From positions 3,917 through 35,916 of the forward strand of contig JAIPHU010000012.1 in the NCBI GenBank assembly GCA_021735045.1: a stretch of DNA of 32,000 bases. The letters run 5' to 3'. Origin of the DNA: Candidatus Omnitrophota bacterium (GTDB taxonomy: Bacteria > Omnitrophota > Gorgyraeia > Duberdicusellales > 4484-171). The notes beneath the pieces are model-generated. The model saw only the letters and a list, made by a program, of their open reading frames with translations, was not told the origin of the DNA and did no database searches. Positions 1-8,763 of the stretch are shown here, one piece after another. Positions within the stretch are counted from its first letter, which is position 1; each line of letters begins with the position of its first letter. Made by a program: the position numbers and the translations under genes.

Positions 1-1
1 T

Positions 2-673
2 CTTCAAGGCAAAGACTTAAAACTAGGTGATAAAAAAATAGATAATCTCTGGGTGCAAGTAACAAAAAGAGGGGATATTTTATTTGTTGATAAAGTTAAA
101 TCCTCTAAGTTTTTTGGAACAGGTACTATTGATTTTAAAGAAGAAAAGTTTCTTTTTAATTTTTCTAGAAATTGGCAAGAAGATACAAAATATTTAAAAG
201 GAGATATAAAACTAAAAGTTAAAGTTTGGGGTGATTTTGATAGTTTTTTGGTAAGCGGTAACTTTGTAGTTGTCGACGGTGTATATGAAGGGGTTCGGTT
301 TAGACGGCTTCGCTGCAGTTTTTTAGGGACACCTCCTGTGTTTAATGTTACCGACGCTGAGGTTCTTCTTTATGAAGGTAGTGTCTTTGAGTTAAAAGGA
401 GAGTTAGACATAAGAGACCCTAAGAACTTTTTTCCTGGGGTAAAGTTTGTGTCTCAAAAATTATTTGTTGATGGTTGGAGAATTTTTGGTGCTCAAGAAG
501 AAGTTGGACTAAAAAAGCAAATAGATGAAAAGTTTGATATTGAGATAGATACAGAAGAACAACAGCAGGCAGCTACAGAGCTCAGGTATGATTTAGAAAA
601 TGATAATTTTTTGAAGTTAAGAATGCAACAAGAACAAACAATTTTAGGAGTTGAGAAAAAGACGGAATTTTAA
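2..673 (+). CDS. hypothetical protein, C-terminal part (frame is open to the left window edge; GTG at 53 is only the first in-window start)
   Basis: Frame 2 has no stop codon from nt 2 to the TAA at 671-673. The sequence has an alternating beta-strand-like pattern and an acidic, Q-rich tail. It ends 2 nt before the mlaE ATG, so it is probably co-transcribed with the Mla genes. I recognise no family. Confidence 0.5.
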   Translation, partial: LQGKDLKLGDKKIDNLWVQVTKRGDILFVDKVKSSKFFGTGTIDFKEEKFLFNFSRNWQEDTKYLKGDIKLKVKVWGDFDSFLVSGNFVVVDGVYEGVRFRRLRCSFLGTPPVFNVTDAEVLLYEGSVFELKGELDIRDPKNFFPGVKFVSQKLFVDGWRIFGAQEEVGLKKQIDEKFDIEIDTEEQQQAATELRYDLENDNFLKLRMQQEQTILGVEKKTEF

Positions 674-675
674 AG

Positions 676-1434
676 ATGTTTTTTTTAAAACAAATTGAAG
701 ACTTTTTTTGCTATGTGGGAAATATTATTTCTTTTATTAAAGAGATATTCTATTGGTTATTTACCAAAAAGCGTGACCTGAAATCTTTAGGAAGAGAAAT
801 AATCTTTGTGGGCATTGATAGCTTTTTTTTAGTTTCTTTGATTGCTCTTTTTATCGGGATGATTATTGCTTTTCAAACTGCCTATCAGCTTCAGCAGTTT
901 AAGTCAGAAATCCATTTAGCTTCTTTGGTGGCTTTATCTTTAGTTAGAGAGCTTGGTCCGGTAATTGCGGCTTTGATTGTTGCCGCAAGAAGTGGAGCTT
1001 CTATTACAGCTGGTATTGGTTCAATGAAAATTAGCGAACAAGTTGATGCCCTAGAAGTTTTTGGGGTAGAACCTATCGATTATTTAGTTGTTCCTAAATT
1101 TATTGCCCTGGTAGTCTGTCTTCCTGTTTTAGTTATTTATGCAGATTTACTAGGGATATTTGGCGGGTATTTGGTTGGTTCATTAAAGTTTTCGATGCCT
1201 TTTGGTTTATATATGAGGATGACTATTGAATCTTTAGGTGTAATTGATATTGCAAATGGTTTGGTAAAAAGTTTATTCTTTGGCAGTATTATTGCTTTTG
1301 TTTGTTGTTTCGAAGGGTTTAGGCCTTTTTCTTCAATAGATGTGTCTAAAGTTGTAACTCGTTCAATAGTGCGTTCTTTTATCTTGATTATAGTTTTTGA
1401 TTGTATATTAACAGCATTTTTTTATTTTATATAA
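676..1434 (+). CDS. mlaE: MlaE-type ABC transporter permease (phospholipid/lipid asymmetry maintenance)
   Basis: A 252-aa polytopic membrane protein. It carries the conserved MlaE/Ttg2B block LVRELGPVIAALIVAARSGASITAGIGSMKISEQVDALEVFGVEP and is followed by the ATPase and MCE genes. Confidence 0.85.
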   Translation: MFFLKQIEDFFCYVGNIISFIKEIFYWLFTKKRDLKSLGREIIFVGIDSFFLVSLIALFIGMIIAFQTAYQLQQFKSEIHLASLVALSLVRELGPVIAALIVAARSGASITAGIGSMKISEQVDALEVFGVEPIDYLVVPKFIALVVCLPVLVIYADLLGIFGGYLVGSLKFSMPFGLYMRMTIESLGVIDIANGLVKSLFFGSIIAFVCCFEGFRPFSSIDVSKVVTRSIVRSFILIIVFDCILTAFFYFI

Positions 1435-1441
1435 GAAAGAT

Positions 1442-2194
1442 ATGATTAAACTAAATAATGTTCAAAGGTCCTTTGGAGAAAAAAATGTTCTCAAAGGAGT
1501 AAATTTAAATATAAACAAGGGTGAAACTTTTTTACTTATTGGGAGAAGCGGAGCCGGAAAAACAGTGTTGCTTAAAACTATTTTAGGGTTGCTTCGGCCT
1601 GACTCAGGAACGATTTCTATTGATAGCCAAGAGATTACCCAGTTGTCTAAGTCTAGGCTAGAAAAAATAAGGCTTAAATTTGGATTGGTGTTTCAAAATA
1701 GTGCACTCTTTGATTTTTTGACTGTTTGGGAAAATGTAAGTTTTTTTCTAAAACAACATACAGATATGAGTAGAAAAGATATGCGTAAAAAAGTCAGCCA
1801 AACTCTTGCTTTAGTTGGTTTAGCTGATATAGAAGATATGTACCCTTATGAGTTAAGCGGGGGGATGCGTAAAAGAGTCGCTATTGCTAGGGCAATTATT
1901 TATAATCCTAAAATTGTTATCTACGATGAACCCACAACTGGCATTGATCCTATTGCAGTAGATAAAATTGTTTCTTTGATAAAAGATTTACATAAGCGGC
2001 TTTCGGTTACTTCATTAGTTGTAACTCATGATTTAGAAACTGGTTTAAAAATAGCAGATCGGGTAGCTTTTTTATTAGGGGGAAAGATTATTTTTGAGGG
2101 TAAAAAAGAAGATGTGAAAAATACAAAAGATAAACGCCTACTTCAATTTATTCAAGGTGTTTCCGGAGGCCCGATAAAGGAGATGGAAGTATAA
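1442..2194 (+). CDS. mlaF: MlaF-type ABC transporter ATP-binding protein
   Basis: Walker A GRSGAGKT, ABC signature LSGGMRKRVAIARA and Walker B IVIYDEPTTGIDP. It lies between the mlaE-like and mlaD-like genes. Confidence 0.85.
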   Translation: MIKLNNVQRSFGEKNVLKGVNLNINKGETFLLIGRSGAGKTVLLKTILGLLRPDSGTISIDSQEITQLSKSRLEKIRLKFGLVFQNSALFDFLTVWENVSFFLKQHTDMSRKDMRKKVSQTLALVGLADIEDMYPYELSGGMRKRVAIARAIIYNPKIVIYDEPTTGIDPIAVDKIVSLIKDLHKRLSVTSLVVTHDLETGLKIADRVAFLLGGKIIFEGKKEDVKNTKDKRLLQFIQGVSGGPIKEMEV

Positions 2195-2199
2195 AATAT

Positions 2200-2322
2200 A
2201 AAATCCAAAATTAAAATGACAAATAACAAATTAATTCCAAATGTCAAATATCAAAATAATATTGTCTTAACATTTGGATTTTATTATTGATTTGGTATTT
2301 GAAATTTGTTATTTGATATTAT
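2200..2322. repeat. A/T-only imperfect palindrome built from CAAAT-type words (family 2, copy 1)
   Basis: A perfect 13-bp inverted repeat, CAAATAACAAATT (2220-2232) with AATTTGTTATTTG (2303-2315), plus inner imperfect arms. It shares exact words with 29455-29570: TATTTGAAATTTG (2296-2308 = 29544-29556) and AAATGACAAAT (2214-2224 = 29461-29471). Confidence 0.7.
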
Positions 2323-2351
2323 CTAGAGTTTTAACAAAGGGAGGAAAATAA

Positions 2352-3050
2352 GTGAGTAAAAACATATGGGAAATAAAAAAAAGACTTTCTTATATAAAGA
2401 TAGGGATTTTTTTTCTGGTAGGATTATCTTTATTATTTATAGCTTTGGTTTCAATTAAAGATTTTAGTTTATTTAAACCAGGCTATAAGATAAAAGTTGT
2501 TTTTGACTTTGCTGAGGGGATGAAGAGGGCTTCACCGGTACGTTTTTGTGGCGTAGATGTAGGAGAAGTTCAGGAAGTTATAGTTGTAAACGGCACAGAT
2601 GGCCCCAAGGTTCAAGCTAAAGTTAATATTCAGCGAGAGGTAAAGTTACCTCAAGGTTCTTATTTTTTTATAAATAGTTTAAGTTTATTTGGAGAAAAGT
2701 ATCTTGAAATTACACCACCGGATGAGTTTTCTGGATATATAAAAAAAGGAGAGACTGTCGAAGGGATATCTCCGGTGCCTTTATTTAAACTATTTTCTAG
2801 TTTTAGTAAAACTATGAGTGAACTAAGAACTTTCATCAAAGAAGGTGAAATTAAAAAGTATTTAGAAAATAGTATTAAAAATTTAGAAGATATTACTCTA
2901 GAAGTAAAAGGAATAATGATGGATATAAGAGATAAAAAAGGAACGGTTGGAAAACTTTTATACGATGATTCTTTATATCGCCAAACAGAGGAGTTTATAT
3001 CAGATATAAAGAAAAATCCTTGGAAATTATTACATAAACCAAAAGACTAA
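2352..3050 (+). CDS. mlaD: MlaD-like MCE-domain protein (N-terminal membrane anchor)
   Basis: GTG start preceded by a strong SD (AAGGGAGGAAAATAA-GTG). One N-terminal TM helix, then an MCE-like core (YKIKVVFDFAEGMKRASPVRFCGVDVGEV...FGEKYLEI). It sits in an operon context with mlaE and mlaF. Confidence 0.8.
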   Translation: MSKNIWEIKKRLSYIKIGIFFLVGLSLLFIALVSIKDFSLFKPGYKIKVVFDFAEGMKRASPVRFCGVDVGEVQEVIVVNGTDGPKVQAKVNIQREVKLPQGSYFFINSLSLFGEKYLEITPPDEFSGYIKKGETVEGISPVPLFKLFSSFSKTMSELRTFIKEGEIKKYLENSIKNLEDITLEVKGIMMDIRDKKGTVGKLLYDDSLYRQTEEFISDIKKNPWKLLHKPKD

Positions 3051-3051
3051 T

Positions 3052-3115
3052 TAGCTCATAGCTCATAGCTCATAGCTCATGGTTAATATTAGCTAAGAGC
3101 CATCAGCTATGAACC
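3052..3115. repeat. heptamer array (TAGCTCA x4, 3052-3079) facing a degenerate inverted copy (about 3091-3113); imperfect hairpin
   Basis: Four perfect tandem TAGCTCA units begin 2 nt after the mlaD stop. The reverse complement of 3091-3113 matches the array at 19 of 23 positions by hand alignment. Confidence 0.75.
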
Positions 3116-3125
3116 AAGAACCAAT

Positions 3126-4469
3126 ATGTATATTTGTAGTGAATGTGGATATCAATCAGTAAAATGGATGGGTAAATGCCCAAATTGTGGAGGCTGGGAA
3201 ACTTTCCGTCAAAAAGATAGTAAGCTTTCATCGAATAAGTTAAAGACTAAGGTTAAATCATCGCCGCGTTTGCTTAAAGATATTAGTGAACTAAAAAAAC
3301 AAAGGCATCAAACTAATTTTTCTGAACTAGATAGAATTCTAGGCGGGGGATTGGTGTCTGGCCAAGTGATTTTAATCGGAGGTGAGCCAGGGGTAGGTAA
3401 ATCGACACTTTTATTAGAAGTAGCTTCAAATTTATCTAAAGAAGGCAAAACTATGTATGTAAGTGCTGAAGAGTCTCCACAGCAGATTGGGGTCAGGGCA
3501 AGACGCCTTAAAAATGTCAGTTCAGAACGTCTTTATATTAGCGATGAAGAAAGAGTCGAAAATATTTATAAAGCAATAGAGAAAGAACAGTTTAAGTTTG
3601 TGGTTATAGATTCTATTCAAGTTATGACCAGTTCTTTTGCTGGCGGGGTAAAAGGGAGCGTCCTTTCGATCAGAAGTTGCGCTGATTATTTAACTCAGGT
3701 AGCAAAAACTTTAGGCGTAATTATTTTTATAGTAGGACATGTAACAAAATCAGGGGCAATTGCCGGGCCTAAGTTGCTTGAGCATGTGGTAGATAGCGTG
3801 CTTTATTTTGAAGGGGAGATACTTTCAAACTACAGAATATTACGTTCAATAAAAAATAGATTTGGGCCAACCGGAGATATTGCAGTTTTTGATATGACCT
3901 CAACTGGTTTATCTGAAGTAAAAAAAATTAATGATATTTTTTTGCCGCATAAAAAAGATTCTTCTCCTGGCAGTTGCGTGATTTGTCCCCTGGAAGGCTT
4001 AAGGCCTATTTTGGTTGAGTTGCAATCATTGGTTAGTCGGGCGAATTTTTCAACAGTAAGAAGAAGAAGTTTGGGATTTGATTTTAATCGGTTTTCTTTA
4101 TTAGTTGCAATAATTGAAAAAAGGCTAAAGGTGCCAATATCGGGAGAAGATATTTTCCTAAATGTGGCTGGGGGTTTGCGAATAAATGATCCAGCTGCAG
4201 ACTTAGGAGCTGTAGTTGCAATTATCTCAAGTTTTCTAGAAAAAAAAGTGCCGCCGGAGACAGCTTTTGTCGGCGAAGTAGGCCTAGGAGGAGAGTTGAG
4301 ACGAGTTAGAAATATCAATTCAAGATTAAAAGAGATAGACCGGGCAAATTTTAGATGTTGTTATATACCTGAAGCTAATAGGAAAGAAGTTGATAAAAGA
4401 TTTTTAAATAAGGTTCTTAGTTTTTCGAATTTAGGAGAAATTTATAGGAAGCTTTTTAAAGTCACTTGA
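3126..4469 (+). CDS. radA: DNA repair protein RadA/Sms
   Basis: N-terminal zinc ribbon CSECGYQSVKWMGKCPNCGGW, Walker A GGEPGVGKST, the RadA-specific KNRFG motif (IKNRFGPTGD) and a Lon-like C-terminal domain. Confidence 0.95.
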   Translation: MYICSECGYQSVKWMGKCPNCGGWETFRQKDSKLSSNKLKTKVKSSPRLLKDISELKKQRHQTNFSELDRILGGGLVSGQVILIGGEPGVGKSTLLLEVASNLSKEGKTMYVSAEESPQQIGVRARRLKNVSSERLYISDEERVENIYKAIEKEQFKFVVIDSIQVMTSSFAGGVKGSVLSIRSCADYLTQVAKTLGVIIFIVGHVTKSGAIAGPKLLEHVVDSVLYFEGEILSNYRILRSIKNRFGPTGDIAVFDMTSTGLSEVKKINDIFLPHKKDSSPGSCVICPLEGLRPILVELQSLVSRANFSTVRRRSLGFDFNRFSLLVAIIEKRLKVPISGEDIFLNVAGGLRINDPAADLGAVVAIISSFLEKKVPPETAFVGEVGLGGELRRVRNINSRLKEIDRANFRCCYIPEANRKEVDKRFLNKVLSFSNLGEIYRKLFKVT

Positions 4470-4474
4470 TTGGC

Positions 4475-4586
4475 AATTGTTGAATGGAAATAATCAACGA
4501 ATTACTAATCTAATACGAATTTACGAATAGGATTTGTTAAATTCGTATATTCGTAAAGATTTGTAATTGGCTGATATTAATCAATT
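4475..4586. repeat. long imperfect palindrome built from ACGAAT/ATTCGT words (family 1, copy 1)
   Basis: Core arms TACGAATTTACGAAT (4514-4528) and ATTCGTATATTCGTA (4541-4555) are complementary at 14 of 15 positions. Outer arms are AATTAC (4500-4505) with GTAATT (4563-4568), and AATTG... with ...CAATT. It shares exact 15-mer and 12-mer words with 17955-18122. Confidence 0.7.
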
Positions 4587-4606
4587 TTATAAGGGGGTTA
4601 TTTATC

Positions 4607-5596
4607 ATGTGGGGTTTAGTCTTTTTAAGAATATTTTTTGTTTTTATGTTTGTAATATTAGGATTTTCTTTAGGTAATGGAAATTCTTTATTATTTGCAG
4701 GAATAGGTTTTGGAGTAGGGGTTTTCTTTGTACTTTTAGAGACATTAGGAAGAAAGGTATCGTTAAAAGGATTAAGTAGTGCGGTATTTGGGATTTTACT
4801 TGGTTTATTCCTTTCTGCTGTATTTGGCTTAGCTCTTTCTCAATTTCCCCTTTCTGAAGATATGTCGACTAGTTTATTAGACAATATAAAATTGTTTGTG
4901 ACGATTATTTTTGTTTATCTAGGTTTAACTTTAGGGATAAAAGGCCAAGATGAATTTAATGTGGTAATTCCTTATGTAAAATTTAAAAGAGGTGAGCTAA
5001 GAGAAGAAGAAGTTATCGTTGATACAAGCAGTATCATTGATGGTAGAATTTTAGATATTGTAAAAACCGGTTTTGTTGAAGCAAAGTTTATTATTCCGCG
5101 TTTTGTTTTAAATGAGATGCATACTTTAGCTGATTCAACAGATCATATGAAACGGCAAAAAGGGAAAAGAGCCATAGAGATACTGCATGATTTAAAAAAA
5201 CAACCTAATATTGAAACTGAGGTTACCGAAGAAGAAATTTCAGTAGTTAAAACTGTAGATGAAAAAATTATTAAATTAGCTCAAAAACATAGGGCAAAAG
5301 TTTTAACTACGGATTATAATCTTAATCGGATTGCTCAATTTCAAGGAGTAAAGGTTCTAAATATAAATGATCTTGCTAATGCATTAAAACCGTCGTTGAT
5401 AGCCGGCAATACTTTTAATTTAAAATTAGTAAAAGAAGGCAAAGAGCGCAACCAAGCGGTTGGTTATCTCGAAGACGGAACTATGGTAGTTGTTGAAGGC
5501 GGTAAGAGGTTAATCGGTAAAACGGTTAACGTAGAAGTTGCCTCAGTACTGCAAAATCCAAGTGGCAGAATTATATTTACTAAGTTAGCTGGTTAA
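4607..5596 (+). CDS. yacL: YacL-like membrane protein with PIN and C-terminal TRAM domains
   Basis: N-terminal hydrophobic helices, a central PIN-like segment (VIVDTSSIIDGRI...VLTTDYNLNRIA) and a TRAM-like C-terminus (GKTVNVEVASVLQNPSGRIIFTKL). Its position between radA and ispD matches the Bacillus radA-(disA)-yacL-ispD-ispF order. SD AAGGGGG lies upstream. Confidence 0.75.
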   Translation: MWGLVFLRIFFVFMFVILGFSLGNGNSLLFAGIGFGVGVFFVLLETLGRKVSLKGLSSAVFGILLGLFLSAVFGLALSQFPLSEDMSTSLLDNIKLFVTIIFVYLGLTLGIKGQDEFNVVIPYVKFKRGELREEEVIVDTSSIIDGRILDIVKTGFVEAKFIIPRFVLNEMHTLADSTDHMKRQKGKRAIEILHDLKKQPNIETEVTEEEISVVKTVDEKIIKLAQKHRAKVLTTDYNLNRIAQFQGVKVLNINDLANALKPSLIAGNTFNLKLVKEGKERNQAVGYLEDGTMVVVEGGKRLIGKTVNVEVASVLQNPSGRIIFTKLAG

Positions 5597-5597
5597 A

Positions 5598-6260
5598 ATG
5601 AAAGTTGCAGCAGTAATTGTTTGTGCTGGTTTCGGCAAACGGATAGGAGAAGCTAAAGCAACTATTCTTTTGACAGGAAAACCTCTTTTTTACTATAGCC
5701 TTAAGACTTTTTTGTCTATTAATCAGATAAAACAGATCATATTAGTTCTGCAAAAAAAACATTTTAAACTAGCAAAAAAGTTTATAACCAGCAAAAAAAT
5801 TGATTTAGTAGAGGGGGCGAAAAAAAGAAAACAGTCTGTTGCCAATGGGTTAGAGAAGATAAGTGACGATCTAGATTATGTTTTAATTCATGATTGCGCC
5901 CGTCCTTTTATCAGAAAACAAATAGTGATGAAGGTGGTCAGAGAGCTAAAGAAGCATCCGGCGGTGGTTCCAGGAGTTAAAGTAAAAGATACATTAAAAC
6001 AACTTAAAGGCAGCCTAGTTAAAAAAACTTTAAACAGAGATAATCTTTTTTCTATTCAAACTCCTCAGGGATTCAAAAAAGATTTGATTAAAACAGCATA
6101 TGAAAAATATAAAAATTCTAGTTTTACAGATTCAGCTCAATTGATTGAAAAAAACGGCAAAACCGTAAAAGTAGTTGAGGGAGATTCGTTAAATTTTAAG
6201 TTAACCTACCGAGAGGATATTTATTTAGCTAAAGCAGTGGGAAAGTATGGAAAAATATAA
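5598..6260 (+). CDS. ispD: 2-C-methyl-D-erythritol 4-phosphate cytidylyltransferase
   Basis: The N-terminal AAVIVCAGFGKRIG nucleotide-binding motif, a 220-aa length and overlap with ispF. Confidence 0.9.
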   Translation: MKVAAVIVCAGFGKRIGEAKATILLTGKPLFYYSLKTFLSINQIKQIILVLQKKHFKLAKKFITSKKIDLVEGAKKRKQSVANGLEKISDDLDYVLIHDCARPFIRKQIVMKVVRELKKHPAVVPGVKVKDTLKQLKGSLVKKTLNRDNLFSIQTPQGFKKDLIKTAYEKYKNSSFTDSAQLIEKNGKTVKVVEGDSLNFKLTYREDIYLAKAVGKYGKI

Positions 6261-6723
6261 AGTGGGCCTAGGCTATGACCTTCATAGGTTTACAGATAAA
6301 AAACAATTTATTCTCATAGGTGGTTTTAAAATAGATTGTGGTTTTGGGCTTGATGCAGTATCAGATGGGGATATAGCTTTACATGCGATATCAGATGCAA
6401 TTTGTGGGGCGGCTGGTTTGGGTGATATTGGTGACTATTTTCCTCCTTCAGATAAAAAAAATCAAAATATAGAAAGTAGAAAGATCGCTGAAACTATTTT
6501 AACTAAAATAAAGAAAAACTATAAAATAGTAAATATTGACCTTACTTTAGTAGCTGAAAAACCTAAGCTAGCTTCTTATAAAAAATATATTGTTGAATCA
6601 TTAAAAAATATTTTTAAGATATCAGATATTAATTTAAAGATAAAATCAAAAGAAGCCACAGATGCTTTAGGCGGAACTAATGCACTAAGTTGTTTGGCGG
6701 CGGTTTTATTAAAAGGCGGCTAA
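6247..6723 (+). CDS. ispF: 2-C-methyl-D-erythritol 2,4-cyclodiphosphate synthase
   Basis: GLGYDLHRF, SDGDIALHAISDAICGAAGLGDIGDYFP and a 158-aa length are typical IspF motifs and size. Confidence 0.9.
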   Translation: MEKYKVGLGYDLHRFTDKKQFILIGGFKIDCGFGLDAVSDGDIALHAISDAICGAAGLGDIGDYFPPSDKKNQNIESRKIAETILTKIKKNYKIVNIDLTLVAEKPKLASYKKYIVESLKNIFKISDINLKIKSKEATDALGGTNALSCLAAVLLKGG

Positions 6724-6724
6724 G

Positions 6725-8134
6725 ATGCTAAAGATTTATAATTCATTAACTAAGAAAAAAGAAAAGTTTAACCCCGAGCAAAAAGGCGTTATCAAGATGT
6801 ATACTTGCGGAGTAACTGTTTATGATGATTGTCATATTGGCCACGCTCGCTCTTTATGTGTATTTGATGTTATCCGCCGTTATCTAGAGTTTAGAAGATA
6901 TAAGGTTGATTTTATCCGCAATATTACCGATATTGATGACAAAATTATTAATCGGGCCAAACAGTTGGGAGTCAGTTGGAAGGAACTATCAGATAAATAT
7001 ATAAAAAGATATAAAAAAGATTTAGAAAGCCTAGAGCTAGAACCTGTTGGCTTTGAACCAAAGGCTACCGAAAACATTAAAGCTATGATTGATTATATAC
7101 ACCAGTTGGTTAATAAAGGTTTTGCTTATGTTACTGACACCGGGGTTTATTTTGAAGTAAGAAAGTTTAAACAATACGGAAAGTTATCCGGCCAAAAAAT
7201 AGATGATATCCGGTCGTCGGTAAGGATTGAGTCTGATGAAAATAAAAAAGATCCTCTTGATTTTGCGCTTTGGAAAAATGCTAAAGAATCTGAACCAAGC
7301 TGGGATAGCCCCTGGGGCAAGGGAAGGCCGGGTTGGCATATTGAGTGTTCTGTAATGAGCCAGAAATACCTAGATACTGAAACATTAGATATCCACGGTG
7401 GAGGAAGGGATTTGATTTTTCCTCATCATGAGAATGAGATTGCTCAAGCTGAAAGTTTATCGGGTAAAAACTTTGCTAATTATTGGCTGCATCATGGCCT
7501 TTTAACTATTAATCTTCAAAAAATGTCTAAGTCTTTAGGGAATTTTGTAAAGATTTCTCAAGTTTTAGACAAATATCCAGCAGATATATTAAAATTTTTC
7601 TACTTTCAAGCTCACTACTCTTCTTCGGTTGATTTTTCTTGGCAAAAAATGGAGGAAGCCAAGAAGGCTTATGAACATATTAAAATATTAAAAGAAAAAT
7701 TAGAAAATTATCTAGATAAAAAAAATATTTTAAAAGTTTCAGCTTCAAAAACCAGCAGTAATGGCCAAGGCTACCAGGAAAGTTTTATCAATGCAATGGA
7801 TGATGATTTTAATATGCCAAAAGGCCTAGCAGTATTGTTTGACCTAGCCGGCCAAGCTAATAAAGTATTAGTCAGCGATGATAAAGACAAAGATAAAAAA
7901 TTAATGACTTATAAACTAACCTTAGACCAGATAACCGGTGTTTTTGGGTTTAGTTTTTTAAAAAAGAAATTAACTGGAACAAGCAAGGAAAAGATAGATG
8001 AACTTATAGCTTTACGCAATCAGTACAGAAAAGAAAAGCAGTTTGATAAATCAGATCAAATCCGTAGTCAACTTTTAGCCAAGGGAGTAGTGTTAGAAGA
8101 TACCAAAGAAGGGACTATATGGCGGAGAAAATGA
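6725..8134 (+). CDS. cysS: cysteine--tRNA ligase
   Basis: Class I synthetase HIGH (CHIGHARS) and KMSKS (KMSKSLGN) motifs. The Cys-specific core WHIECS is present. Confidence 0.95.
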   Translation: MLKIYNSLTKKKEKFNPEQKGVIKMYTCGVTVYDDCHIGHARSLCVFDVIRRYLEFRRYKVDFIRNITDIDDKIINRAKQLGVSWKELSDKYIKRYKKDLESLELEPVGFEPKATENIKAMIDYIHQLVNKGFAYVTDTGVYFEVRKFKQYGKLSGQKIDDIRSSVRIESDENKKDPLDFALWKNAKESEPSWDSPWGKGRPGWHIECSVMSQKYLDTETLDIHGGGRDLIFPHHENEIAQAESLSGKNFANYWLHHGLLTINLQKMSKSLGNFVKISQVLDKYPADILKFFYFQAHYSSSVDFSWQKMEEAKKAYEHIKILKEKLENYLDKKNILKVSASKTSSNGQGYQESFINAMDDDFNMPKGLAVLFDLAGQANKVLVSDDKDKDKKLMTYKLTLDQITGVFGFSFLKKKLTGTSKEKIDELIALRNQYRKEKQFDKSDQIRSQLLAKGVVLEDTKEGTIWRRK

Positions 8135-8763
8135 AAAAATCAAAAGCAGCATTTATTACTGTTGAAGGCCTAGAGGGCTGTGGTAAAAGTAGTGTTATTA
8201 GGTTTCTAGAAGAGTTTTTTAAAAAAAAGAAACTGGAAGTCCAAGTTTATCGTGAACCGGGTTCAACAAAAATTGGAGAAGAGATAAGAAAAATTTTGTT
8301 AGAAAAAAAGGACCTGGAGCTTTCTTCTTATACAGAGCTTCTTTTGTATCTAGCAGCAAGAACTCAACTAATTGAGGAAAGATTAAGCAAGGACTTATCT
8401 AGATTTGATGTTATTATCTGTGATCGTTTTTATGATTCAACTTTAGTCTATCAGGGTTATGCTTTGGGGCTAGGAAGAGTTGTTGAGCAAGCAGTAGATA
8501 TTTTTTCTTTAGGTATGAAGCCGGATTTAACTTTATTTCTAGATGTAGATGTTGAAGTTGGCTTACGGAGGTTAAAGGCGCCAGATAGGATTGAATCACG
8601 CCCTTTGCCTTTTCACAAAAAGTTAAGAACAGGATTTTTAAAACTAGCTAAAGCAGAACCTGAGAGGATAAAAGTAATTGATGCTTCAGGCAGCCTTGAT
8701 CAGATTTATCAGAGAGTCAAAGAAGTTTTAATCAAAGAGAGAATTTCAATAATAAATAAATAA
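8119..8763 (+). CDS. tmk: thymidylate kinase (start 8119, or 8131 in an ATGA overlap with the cysS stop)
   Basis: P-loop FITVEGLEGCGKSS, DRFYDSTLVYQG and a 214-aa length. Confidence 0.9.
   Translation: MAEKMKKSKAAFITVEGLEGCGKSSVIRFLEEFFKKKKLEVQVYREPGSTKIGEEIRKILLEKKDLELSSYTELLLYLAARTQLIEERLSKDLSRFDVIICDRFYDSTLVYQGYALGLGRVVEQAVDIFSLGMKPDLTLFLDVDVEVGLRRLKAPDRIESRPLPFHKKLRTGFLKLAKAEPERIKVIDASGSLDQIYQRVKEVLIKERISIINK

Noticed and set aside
3830-4318. A 162-aa ORF antisense to radA. Similar antisense or embedded ORFs lie at 6880-7077, 8414-8599, 11212-11415, 12013-12371, 12690-12923, 17086-17397, 19007-19192, 19302-19547, 19682-19942, 21765-21953, 24628-24861, 26104-26391, 28474-28665, 29024-29206 and 30372-30701.
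   Set aside because: Each lies fully or almost fully inside, or overlaps, a confidently identified gene on the other strand or in another frame. They have low-complexity, unbiased compositions (S/F/L/K-rich) and no SD or recognisable motifs, which is typical of shadow ORFs in A/T-rich DNA.
4607-5596. PIN-domain protein as a toxin of a toxin-antitoxin or defence module.
   Set aside because: It has N-terminal TM helices and a TRAM domain and sits in the conserved radA-yacL-ispDF context. There is no small upstream antitoxin ORF. This is the housekeeping YacL architecture, not a VapC-type toxin.
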